Shown in pieces: positions 39,972-48,613 of a stretch of 64,000 nt of DNA. A model generated the notes under the pieces. That model did no database searches, was not told where the DNA came from, and saw only the letters and a program-made list of their open reading frames with translations. How positions within the stretch are numbered: the stretch's first letter is position 1; every line of letters begins with the position of its first letter. This DNA is from Planctomycetaceae bacterium (GTDB lineage Bacteria > Planctomycetota > Planctomycetia > Pirellulales > Pirellulaceae): positions 134,122 through 198,121 of the forward strand of contig JAEUIQ010000047.1 of assembly GCA_016794985.1 (NCBI GenBank), in the 5' to 3' direction. The translations under genes were made by a program, and so were the position numbers.

Positions 39972-42341
39972 CTATTCGACAGGAAAAATGATCCGAAACG
40001 TCGTCGCGTGACGATCACGTTGTTCTTCAGTGAAGGGCTGTCCATCGAGTTGCAATTCGGTGAAATATCCCTCGTGACGTCCAATCAACACAGCGCGATC
40101 CGAACGACTGACGTGACTAAGATCAATCCGATTCTGATAGCCTGGCAACAAGCGACTTTGCGACACGCCACCGGCTTGCTCGTAAAACATCAAGAGTTCA
40201 AGGTTGCGGTACAAATCGTCGACGTTGGGGTTGGGACGACGCAACCAATCTTCGAACGACTCGGGTTTGGCTTGATTGCTGCCGGGAGCCAAATCAATGG
40301 TCTCACCAGCTGCTAACGGTCGATTGAGTCGATAGCCCCAACTGCCGTACACAATCAAGCAATCTTTCAACTCGAAGGGCAGCGGATTCGTAAACGTTCC
40401 CGACAATCGATCTCGCCCCGCTTGTCGGCGCAATTCTGATTTCAACGCCGGAAAGTTCGCCGACCACGAACCGGTCACAACGCGGCTGGACGCCACATGG
40501 AGTGGCATTCCCGCAATGTGTGTTTGCAGCGTAGGACGACCTGACGCACTTGTGGATTCCCAACGACCACTGATTTCATAGGTGCCCGAAAGTCCCGACA
40601 ATCGATTTGCAGATTCCATGCCGCCAAGCCCAGTTCCGGGTAACCCTAGCCAGCCGAGGTTCGACTCGGTGAGCGTCAATGAGAGGGATCGTACGCCACC
40701 GACGTTCAAGTCAACAATGTCGGTCCCTGGACTATAAAGGGACGCCCACACTCGCCCTGTCGCGCTGGCGGTTGGTTGAGCGAGCGTTGACTCCGTGCCT
40801 GAAGACCTACGCAATCCACCCGTTCCATCGATGTCGATCAATTCGACTTGATTGAGTTGGTACTTGTCCGGCTTTGCATAACGATACAAGAAGTACGTGG
40901 CAATGCAGGCTGAAACACAACAGATCGGCAACGTGATCCACGCCCACTTCATTTCGCGGAGCAAATGTTTCAAAAAGAAATAGTCCGCCACCAACAAGGC
41001 GACAAATCCCAATATGATCAATGCCACTGCGGTGAAGCTAATGACCTGCACTCGACTAAATTGTTCTAGTGCCGATCGAAGTCGTCCGGTCACGTCACTA
41101 TAACCATAAGTCGTTGCCAAACGAACTGCTTCGGGCTTGCGATAGTCCAACCACTTGGTGAGTAACGCGCCCAACGACGGCCATTTCTCGAATAACTCAT
41201 CCTGAGGGTTGAATCCCAATAAATCGAGTTGTCCCAAGCCGCAGACATTTCGAATGAGAACCGGTTTTCCGCCCACCGCCAAATTCGCCTGATCAATCTT
41301 CGTGTCGAATCCAATAAACGCCAAGCTTTGTTTTTTGGGGTCCTGGATGAGTTGTGTACGGGACGTCACGAATAATTCGATCTGCGAGCTGTCCGTCGTA
41401 CTGCTCGGCTGGGCGGTTTGACCGTTAAGCCAGTCCCGAAAAGTGCCATTCGCGCCAAACAAAGATTCCCAAGACGCACGCAACGCTAAGGAAACGCGGC
41501 CACCCGAAAACAACCAATGTCCCAAGGCGGTTCGTTGGCCATCTTGCAACTCTTGCGGCCAGACCTGACCATCCGAGCACCCCACAAACCGTTCAAAAGA
41601 ATCCCAACCCCAGACCGTCATCGGCAAGGCGTCGGCACGCTTCAAATGCAGCAAGCGATAGGCACCCGCCTGAGGGTCATTCTCAACCCAGCCGAGAGAG
41701 CGCCGCAGTTCAAGTTCCGGGCCAAGATATAGCCACAAACGATCATTTGCCGAGTGAACCCGCAATCCAGAATCGTCCGGCGAGATCGTTACCCCGGCCC
41801 ACACCGCACCCGAGGGGTCGCGAACGGTCACCTCAATGGGTTGATCGCGACGCCCGATCCGAAACAAGCCCAAGTAGACGCAGGTTCCATCACCCGCCGA
41901 CAGGTCGATTCGCGTGAGTGGCCACCGATAATCAACGGCATTGCCGTCCGAATCCATGGCACGAATAAGGACTTCCGAGCCCTCAGGAGCCGGTTCGCAT
42001 TTTATCCGCATTTCCGCCCAACAGCCCAGTCGCACGTGTCCTTCGACCCCAATTTCAACCTCCAATTGACGGGAAGTCGTCGATTCGCGGAGCGTCGATT
42101 CGCGCGACGACTTCGGCGAACTGCCTTGGGTCTGCCAACCAGCCAAGTCGCCTGGGAACATGCAACTCAGAATTAGCATCGCCAACGCGGTCATTCCGGC
42201 ACGGTATCTAAATTCGAATCTGGGCTTCACAACGATCGCTTGTTTCTCTTCAGGCACGGGCGGGCTGACACCGATTTCAGGATATCCCAAAGTACCCGAA
42301 ACTGCCACATGGACAATGACCTCGTTGCACAACTGAAACAC
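39972..42341 (-). CDS. large membrane protein with signal peptide, big extracytoplasmic N-terminal region, central TM pair and ~260-aa C-terminal region; probable partner of the downstream ABC ATPase
   Basis: Internal start MTALAMLILSCMFPG (signal). TM pair VISFTAVALIILGFVALLVADYFFL / WITLPICCVSACIATYFLY at mid-protein. The gene is 36 nt upstream of the ABC ATPase on the same strand. Confidence 0.55.
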   Translation of the reverse strand: MFQLCNEVIVHVAVSGTLGYPEIGVSPPVPEEKQAIVVKPRFEFRYRAGMTALAMLILSCMFPGDLAGWQTQGSSPKSSRESTLRESTTSRQLEVEIGVEGHVRLGCWAEMRIKCEPAPEGSEVLIRAMDSDGNAVDYRWPLTRIDLSAGDGTCVYLGLFRIGRRDQPIEVTVRDPSGAVWAGVTISPDDSGLRVHSANDRLWLYLGPELELRRSLGWVENDPQAGAYRLLHLKRADALPMTVWGWDSFERFVGCSDGQVWPQELQDGQRTALGHWLFSGGRVSLALRASWESLFGANGTFRDWLNGQTAQPSSTTDSSQIELFVTSRTQLIQDPKKQSLAFIGFDTKIDQANLAVGGKPVLIRNVCGLGQLDLLGFNPQDELFEKWPSLGALLTKWLDYRKPEAVRLATTYGYSDVTGRLRSALEQFSRVQVISFTAVALIILGFVALLVADYFFLKHLLREMKWAWITLPICCVSACIATYFLYRYAKPDKYQLNQVELIDIDGTGGLRRSSGTESTLAQPTASATGRVWASLYSPGTDIVDLNVGGVRSLSLTLTESNLGWLGLPGTGLGGMESANRLSGLSGTYEISGRWESTSASGRPTLQTHIAGMPLHVASSRVVTGSWSANFPALKSELRRQAGRDRLSGTFTNPLPFELKDCLIVYGSWGYRLNRPLAAGETIDLAPGSNQAKPESFEDWLRRPNPNVDDLYRNLELLMFYEQAGGVSQSRLLPGYQNRIDLSHVSRSDRAVLIGRHEGYFTELQLDGQPFTEEQRDRHATTFRIIFPVE

Positions 42342-43145
42342 TCAGCGCAGCGATTGGAACGCCGCAACGACATCGGACGTCCATTGCTCGGTTTCGTCCA
42401 CAGGAAGGACAAGGTACGGGCCGTGGACCGACCCAGGGGCTGGGTGTCGCTCCGCCGTCACAAAAATATTGAAAGCGGAGCGAGTTTCCGTCGCGGGCGA
42501 ACCGATCGGGCCGCGCGAGACCTCCCAGCCCATCTCTTGAATCGCGGCCATCAAACCGTCGAGCGCGGCGTTCAACCGATTCTGGTCGGTCGGGGATTCG
42601 AAATCCGGCGCCGGGCGATGATTGGCGCCGACCAACAACCGGGCTTTCCCGTTGATACGGGGCAACTGTTCCAACAAACTTGCCAGCGAGCACTGTGTAA
42701 TCGGATGAATCCAATCCGACGCGACCTCGCAGGCCGGCTCCAACATGAAACGACGAAAGGTCATCCGAGGATGGGGTACCAGACAAGGCAAAAGATCGTG
42801 GACCTGTGATTCGAAGAGCATCAAGTCAAGGTCAACCAAACGAGGCCCCCACCGAGTTTCACGGACGCGCCCAATTTCACGCTCCACCGCTAACAATTCA
42901 ACGACCAAATCCGGGGCCGATAACCGGGTGCGGACCGTTAGTGCCGCGTTGAGAAAAGTGGATTGACCAACGGGACCACCGACCGGGACCGTTTCGAAGA
43001 GACGGCTGCAACTAACAACTTCTATTTGATGATGGGGTAGACGAGCCAACACCTCGTGCCACGAAGACACCGGATTCCCCAGGTTTGCGCCAAATGCCAG
43101 CAAAGCGGAGTGAAGTTTTGGAGCCAGTTGTTTACCCGTTGCCAA
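42342..43145 (-). CDS. folK: 2-amino-4-hydroxy-6-hydroxymethyldihydropteridine pyrophosphokinase (HPPK) with ~100-aa C-terminal extension
   Basis: AxGANLGN, …FETVPVG…FLNAAL…, RWGPRLVDLDLMLF, LPHPRM…RFML blocks match HPPK. 267 aa versus ~160 aa typical. Confidence 0.8.
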   Translation of the reverse strand: MATGKQLAPKLHSALLAFGANLGNPVSSWHEVLARLPHHQIEVVSCSRLFETVPVGGPVGQSTFLNAALTVRTRLSAPDLVVELLAVEREIGRVRETRWGPRLVDLDLMLFESQVHDLLPCLVPHPRMTFRRFMLEPACEVASDWIHPITQCSLASLLEQLPRINGKARLLVGANHRPAPDFESPTDQNRLNAALDGLMAAIQEMGWEVSRGPIGSPATETRSAFNIFVTAERHPAPGSVHGPYLVLPVDETEQWTSDVVAAFQSLR

Positions 43146-43498
43146 ACAAAAAGAGCGGGAGCTTCATGCTCCTCGTTGCCGAAAGACTGACTCCTACGTC
43201 TACGCCCTCGCACAGTAATTCCACTTGATACGAGAATCGAGTCCAATCAACCCACGTATAGCCATCTTTGACATTACCGGAACCACCGCCGAACTCATCC
43301 TCCTGCGGTTCGTTTGCGTTGCGAAAGCCTTCACAACTGGTCGGGTATTGTCGGCGATTCGATTTCATTGTCAAGCAAGGGTGCAGTAAAAAAACTGGAC
43401 GTTTTCATTCCATCAAATTGCCAGCATCATTGACCGAGCTTGCATGCGTCTAATGGGCAAGTTAAAACTCGTACCACGCTTGCATTCAGCGCGGGGAC

Positions 43499-44530
43499 TT
43501 GCATGACTCTTGCAGTTATGATTGCAGCGCAAACATCATGCAGGCGGTTTTTGAAGGTTGTAAGTTGGATACTGGCGCTGATCGTCATGTTTTGAAATTG
43601 ACTCCAGCGCTTTGGCATGCGGCGCGACGTTGGTATTTGAGGCAAGTGACGTCCGACGAATGTGTCACGATTTCGGAATACAATCATGCAGTTCAGCAAG
43701 TTCTGGCTCAACCATGGCCGACATGGATCGAAGCCGGTTCCGCAGCTTTGGGAATAGCTCGCGATACATTCCCGTCGCCACAACAAGTTGGCTTGTTCGC
43801 ATTAGAGACGACGGATTTGGTTTCTGTTGTGGTTCCTGTGTTCAACGAGGAATCCACGATCTTGGATGTACTACAGCGATTGGCAAATGTTCCTGCGGTC
43901 GCGCAAATAATTGTGGTCGACGATGCGAGCCGCGATCACACTGGCGAGCGACTGGCGGCGGTGCGGGAACAATTGACTCAGGAGTTTTGGACCAAACGGT
44001 TGCCCGGCGGTCTACTGATTCTGGCCCATGCCGTCAACCAAGGCAAAGGCGCTGCATTGAGAACGGGTTTTCCGCATGCGACACAAGCTTGGACAGGTGT
44101 CCAGGACGCGGATACCGAATATGACCCCAACGATCTGATGCGGCTTTTGACGCTGGCGAAATCACAAGGGGCGAATGTCGCGTACGGCAGCCGCTTCCTC
44201 TTGTCGGAAGGTGGAACCTCCCCGCTTTGGCATCGTGAAGGAAATCGCTTGATCACTCTGTTGGCGAATTGGAGTTTTGGCCTCCGATTGTCGGATGTCG
44301 AGACCTGCTACAAGTTGGTTGAATCATCTCGGTTGAAGAAAGTGACCGGACAATTGCGAGAAAATCGGTTCGGGATTGAAATCGAATTGACCGCCAGATT
44401 GGCTCAAACGCCGGAAGTGCGGTTCGTCGAATGCCCCATAACGTATGACCGGCGGACCTACGCCGAGGGAAAGAAAATCGGAATGCGCGACGCTTTTCAA
44501 GCCGTGTGGTGCATGTTCAAGTATCGTTAA
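43499..44530 (+). CDS. family 2 glycosyltransferase (polyprenol-phosphate sugar transferase, DPM1/ArnC-like)
   Basis: VSVVVPVFNEESTI…IIVVDDASRDHT (DxD)…QDADTEYDP motifs of GT2_2. Confidence 0.8.
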   Translation: MHDSCSYDCSANIMQAVFEGCKLDTGADRHVLKLTPALWHAARRWYLRQVTSDECVTISEYNHAVQQVLAQPWPTWIEAGSAALGIARDTFPSPQQVGLFALETTDLVSVVVPVFNEESTILDVLQRLANVPAVAQIIVVDDASRDHTGERLAAVREQLTQEFWTKRLPGGLLILAHAVNQGKGAALRTGFPHATQAWTGVQDADTEYDPNDLMRLLTLAKSQGANVAYGSRFLLSEGGTSPLWHREGNRLITLLANWSFGLRLSDVETCYKLVESSRLKKVTGQLRENRFGIEIELTARLAQTPEVRFVECPITYDRRTYAEGKKIGMRDAFQAVWCMFKYR

Positions 44531-44619
44531 GGTGACAAATCGCGGAAGATCATTGCGGAGGGCGGTCGAATCAGTGATAATTCGGACGTCGAAAAGAGGC
44601 GGGCTGTCCAGGTGAATCG

Positions 44620-47565
44620 ATGATCGAAAAAGCAACCGAAGTATTTTGGCGAAACTTGCGTGCGTTGGGGTTATTCGATCCTTCCCAAATTGAACGTTGG
44701 TTCGGGTTGGCGGACGCGCCAGGAGCCACGTGGTTGCAACTGTGTCAAGCCATTCAGCAAGAATCGCGGCTCACTTCGGCTCATTTGCAGTTGCTGGCTA
44801 GCGATAATCCCGCTACGCCGGTGCTGGTGGGCAGTCTGTTGATTCAACGCCCCACGTTGCATCCTTTGAATTGGGACGCCTACGAAGCGGTCCACGTCAA
44901 GCTAGAACAACACGCCCGAGTGATTCTGTTGCCGGACGCCGGTCGAGACAACGTTGGGTTACAAGGGCTGCAGCGAGCGCGTCAAGTGGCGACGTTGGAT
45001 GACGTGCAGGTCACTCGAATTGTCGATCTAGAAACCGTTGGCTCGCGATATGCAATGGTCGTATCCGAGAGCTCCGGCGAGCGGCTGAGTCAAGTGTGGG
45101 CCAACGCCGACGTCGGGATCGATTGGAGCGATTTGGCCTCGCAGTTGATTGGTGTCGTCCACCGAGTTCATCGCAGCGGACTCGGAGTTGGTGTTCTGGA
45201 TCCATTGACGATTCACTATGTTCGCGAGCGAAATGAATTGCTGCTCGATGATTTGGTTTCTAGCCAATGGATCAACGAGGAGATGATCCCCAACGGATTG
45301 GGCCCTTCTGAAGAAGCGGTTTTAATCGCCTACCGAGCGCAGCGAGCGCGTTTCTTGAATGCAGCTTCCCAACCATTGGATGGACACTCGGTGGCTTCGA
45401 CAAACGATATAGCGCACGACTGGTTGGAATGCGCTGCGTGGTTGGATTTTGCAGCCCAGCGTTTAGAAACCTCTGGCCGATCCGAGAACTCGCTTGTGGC
45501 ACAACGACTGCGACAAGCTGCGGTGGAACTCTGTGAAATTCATCGACGACCGGCCACCGATTTTGCCACTTGGTACCGACGTTGGTTTGGATCGCTTCAA
45601 GTGGCCGAGCCCAGCTCGCATTTCGCCAAAGCAAAACCCTTTGCCAATCCCTGGGATGTATCGCCGAGCGTCGAGAACCCGGGGCCGGAACTTGACGACG
45701 AGGTCATTGAGCTACCGAACGACACCGTGGCCATCCCGGACGCCCCCCAAGAGTCGCTGCCCTCCGTGGGAGTGGGCGAAACACGGTCCCCAGTCATGAT
45801 CGAAAAATCTTCCGGCGATGCGCGGAAGTCGGTGCCAACGGCTGACAAACCTAAGCCGGGTTCATTGGCTGAGAAACAAGCAGCCAAACGCGAACTTGAA
45901 AAACGACGTAAGATCGTTCTTGCTGCGGCCGTCCTTGTGCCGCTGCCGATTTGTTTGCTGGTATTGTTGCTCGTGTATTTGTTGCAACCGGCGAAAGAAG
46001 GCGTGCCGGACGTCGCTAACCAATCAACGGGTGCAACCGAGTTGCCAGACGTGGAATTGCCGACCAACGATGTTTTGAAAACCGGCACAGGGCCCGTCGC
46101 GGACGATGTGGCCAAATCGAATGCGTCAAAAGCCAATCCACCCTCGGAAGTGGTTAAGTCGCCGGTGAAGGATCCCAGCGCAAACTCTGATGCCCTTAAC
46201 GAGTTACCGAACTCGAAAATTGGCGACACGGAAGACGAAATGTTGGCCGACCTAACTCCGCCAGCAACTACAGATCCCCAAGATTCCAAGAAGCAAAGCG
46301 TTCCGGACGCCGCAGACACGAAGATGACTTCACCGCCCGTTGATGACGGGTTTATTGCCTACACTCACGTCCTGAACGAACTGGATGTTGTGGGAGCGTG
46401 GCGGGACGCGCTCAAAGAGTCGGCCGATACGGCGATTTCAAGAACCGTGCAACTTGGTCAACTCAATCGTATCACGGGGAAGAAAACATTGCTGGAAATC
46501 AACTCGAGTGAACCGACGATCGCGTCCGCGTTTCGAATTGTCGCCAAGCCAAGTGAGCAGGCCTCCATTGTGCAACAATGGGAACTACAATCGTCGGAAG
46601 CCGGTAAAACATTGGCGCTGATTCAGACCACGACCGATGGTCAGTTGCAAATGGTCTTGGAGCCATCCACTACCATGGATTGGAACGGGGCCGAAAAATT
46701 GAAATTGGAATTGTATTTCGGGCAACGCGATGTTTCCCATTGGATCGCACTTGGTCAAGGTCGCCGTCCAAACTGGAGTTCAACAACCGGCGGGGCGACT
46801 TCGGAAGGGACGGCGAGTGAAACGAATCCATCGTTAACCCTCGTGGCTCCGACGACTCCCACCACAGTTGCCGGCGAAAACCAGAACCTTCCATCGACAA
46901 CTGAGCAGCCCACCGAGCCGGTGGCGGCGAATTCGGATGATGCGTCAATTCCAGACCTCGTATTCGATTCCAAATCAGCGGCTTCGAAAACCTGGTTCAA
47001 GGATACGCCCGGATTTCCTCGGGAAAGCGTTGAATGGCGATTTCAAATCATCGGCCAGAACTTAAAGAAGATTGAAAAAGAACATTCGGCGTGGAAGTCG
47101 CTGCGTGTCCGCTCCAAAGAAGAGGCTTACTTCCTTGACGAGATATTGGATCACGGATCGGTAGTCGTCATCGTCGAAGCTGAATCGGGTGAGCGGACCC
47201 GCCTGAAAGCCCGTATGATCTTGCTGACTCCCAATGGACCGACGGAGCTTAAAGAGGACGTCGTTTCCGTTGCCATTGCCGAGGCCGAGCAATTCAAGCA
47301 AACTTGCCAGTTACAACGCGAGCAAATCAACAAAGTACGCGCCGCTGCGGGCGAGGCAGAACAAAAGAAGGCCAAATTGGGACAGCTTGATGCTTTGATG
47401 AAGGAAATGGACCGCTACAAGAAAGTGCTGGAAGTTGTCGCAAAGAACAACGACGCTATGTTGGAGAAAGGACTGGCGTTTGGACTGGTTCAAATTATCG
47501 ACGGACAAGAACAATACTTGCTAAAGTCGCAAGGATTCACAGTTTCCGAACCCAAGAACGAATAG
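44620..47565 (+). CDS. 981-aa single-pass membrane protein: N-terminal ~430-aa cytoplasmic domain (degenerate kinase-like features), one TM helix, Pro/Thr/Asp-rich extracytoplasmic linker, C-terminal ~450-aa domain ending in a coiled coil
   Basis: TM IVLAAAVLVPLPICLLVLLLVYLL at aa ~440-463. The N-terminal domain has VHRVHRSGLGVGVLDP reminiscent of a kinase catalytic loop but lacks canonical HRD/DFG. Function unknown. Confidence 0.6.
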   Translation: MIEKATEVFWRNLRALGLFDPSQIERWFGLADAPGATWLQLCQAIQQESRLTSAHLQLLASDNPATPVLVGSLLIQRPTLHPLNWDAYEAVHVKLEQHARVILLPDAGRDNVGLQGLQRARQVATLDDVQVTRIVDLETVGSRYAMVVSESSGERLSQVWANADVGIDWSDLASQLIGVVHRVHRSGLGVGVLDPLTIHYVRERNELLLDDLVSSQWINEEMIPNGLGPSEEAVLIAYRAQRARFLNAASQPLDGHSVASTNDIAHDWLECAAWLDFAAQRLETSGRSENSLVAQRLRQAAVELCEIHRRPATDFATWYRRWFGSLQVAEPSSHFAKAKPFANPWDVSPSVENPGPELDDEVIELPNDTVAIPDAPQESLPSVGVGETRSPVMIEKSSGDARKSVPTADKPKPGSLAEKQAAKRELEKRRKIVLAAAVLVPLPICLLVLLLVYLLQPAKEGVPDVANQSTGATELPDVELPTNDVLKTGTGPVADDVAKSNASKANPPSEVVKSPVKDPSANSDALNELPNSKIGDTEDEMLADLTPPATTDPQDSKKQSVPDAADTKMTSPPVDDGFIAYTHVLNELDVVGAWRDALKESADTAISRTVQLGQLNRITGKKTLLEINSSEPTIASAFRIVAKPSEQASIVQQWELQSSEAGKTLALIQTTTDGQLQMVLEPSTTMDWNGAEKLKLELYFGQRDVSHWIALGQGRRPNWSSTTGGATSEGTASETNPSLTLVAPTTPTTVAGENQNLPSTTEQPTEPVAANSDDASIPDLVFDSKSAASKTWFKDTPGFPRESVEWRFQIIGQNLKKIEKEHSAWKSLRVRSKEEAYFLDEILDHGSVVVIVEAESGERTRLKARMILLTPNGPTELKEDVVSVAIAEAEQFKQTCQLQREQINKVRAAAGEAEQKKAKLGQLDALMKEMDRYKKVLEVVAKNNDAMLEKGLAFGLVQIIDGQEQYLLKSQGFTVSEPKNE

Positions 47566-47582
47566 AAAGTCAGGGATTTGTT

Positions 47583-48593
47583 ATGGTGCGAGTAGGCGTG
47601 TTGGGCGGTCGCGGGTACACGGCTGGTGAATTGTTGCGAATCTTGGTTCGACATCCGCAAATCGAAGTGACTGCCGTTGTTTCACGCAAAGACTTGGGCG
47701 AGCCGGTATCGCAAATTCACCCCTGGTTGCGGGGCCAATTGGATTTGCCGCTGAGCCAAGCCAACAACCAACAGCTAGCTCAACAATGCGACTGCGTTTT
47801 TTCGTGTCTTCCGCATACCGCGAGTGCAGAGGCGGTTGGTGAATTGTTGCAGCACGGCGTTCGTGTGATTGACTTTAGTGCTGACTTTCGACTCAACGAT
47901 TTGGAAACCTACGAACATTGGTATCAAGTCAAACATCCGGTTCCAAACTTGGTCGGACAGACCGTTTATGGACTGCCGGAACTGTTCCGCGAAGAAATTC
48001 GAACCGCGCGACTGGTTGCCAATCCAGGCTGCTATCCGACCACCGCAATCTTGGCGTTGACGCCGCTGATCATGGCTGAACTCGTCAAACCGGAAGGGAT
48101 CATCGTCGACAGCAAGTCTGGTGTTTCTGGTGCCGGTCGGCAGGCGGATGAAGCCTATTCCTACTGTGAGGTCAATGAATCCATGTCGGCCTACAAGATT
48201 GGCAAGCATCGACACATGCCGGAAATGGAGCAGATTATCACGCGGGCCAGCAGTCGTGCGACGCAAATCCTATTTACACCGCATTTGGTTCCGATGAATC
48301 GCGGCATTCTATCGACGATCTACGCCGAGCCGAATCCTGGTACAACCTTGGAAGATTGGACCGAATGCCTGACCGAGTTTTACGCGAATGAGCCTTTTGT
48401 GGACGTGGTCAAACACATTCCGAAGACAAGTGAAGTGGTTGGCACCAATCGCTGCGCGATCTCGGTCAATCGTTCGCGCGGTCGCGTGGTTTTGGTCAGT
48501 TGCATTGACAACTTGATCAAAGGCGCGTCAGGCGCAGCGGTTCAGAACTTCAACTTGATGTTTGACTTTCCCGAAACGACCGCGTTGGGTTAA
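47583..48593 (+). CDS. argC: N-acetyl-gamma-glutamyl-phosphate reductase
   Basis: GGRGYTAGELLR NAD motif, active-site NPGCYPTTAILAL (Cys), …KGASGAAVQNFNLM… C-terminus. Confidence 0.9.
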   Translation: MVRVGVLGGRGYTAGELLRILVRHPQIEVTAVVSRKDLGEPVSQIHPWLRGQLDLPLSQANNQQLAQQCDCVFSCLPHTASAEAVGELLQHGVRVIDFSADFRLNDLETYEHWYQVKHPVPNLVGQTVYGLPELFREEIRTARLVANPGCYPTTAILALTPLIMAELVKPEGIIVDSKSGVSGAGRQADEAYSYCEVNESMSAYKIGKHRHMPEMEQIITRASSRATQILFTPHLVPMNRGILSTIYAEPNPGTTLEDWTECLTEFYANEPFVDVVKHIPKTSEVVGTNRCAISVNRSRGRVVLVSCIDNLIKGASGAAVQNFNLMFDFPETTALG

Positions 48594-48613
48594 AGCGGGA
48601 GAGGACGAGGACG

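Noticed and set aside
42240-42809. 189-aa (+) and 169-aa (-) ORFs overlapping folK and the 3' end of the 789-aa gene
   Set aside because: Both are Arg-rich alternative-frame artefacts inside a well-supported HPPK gene.
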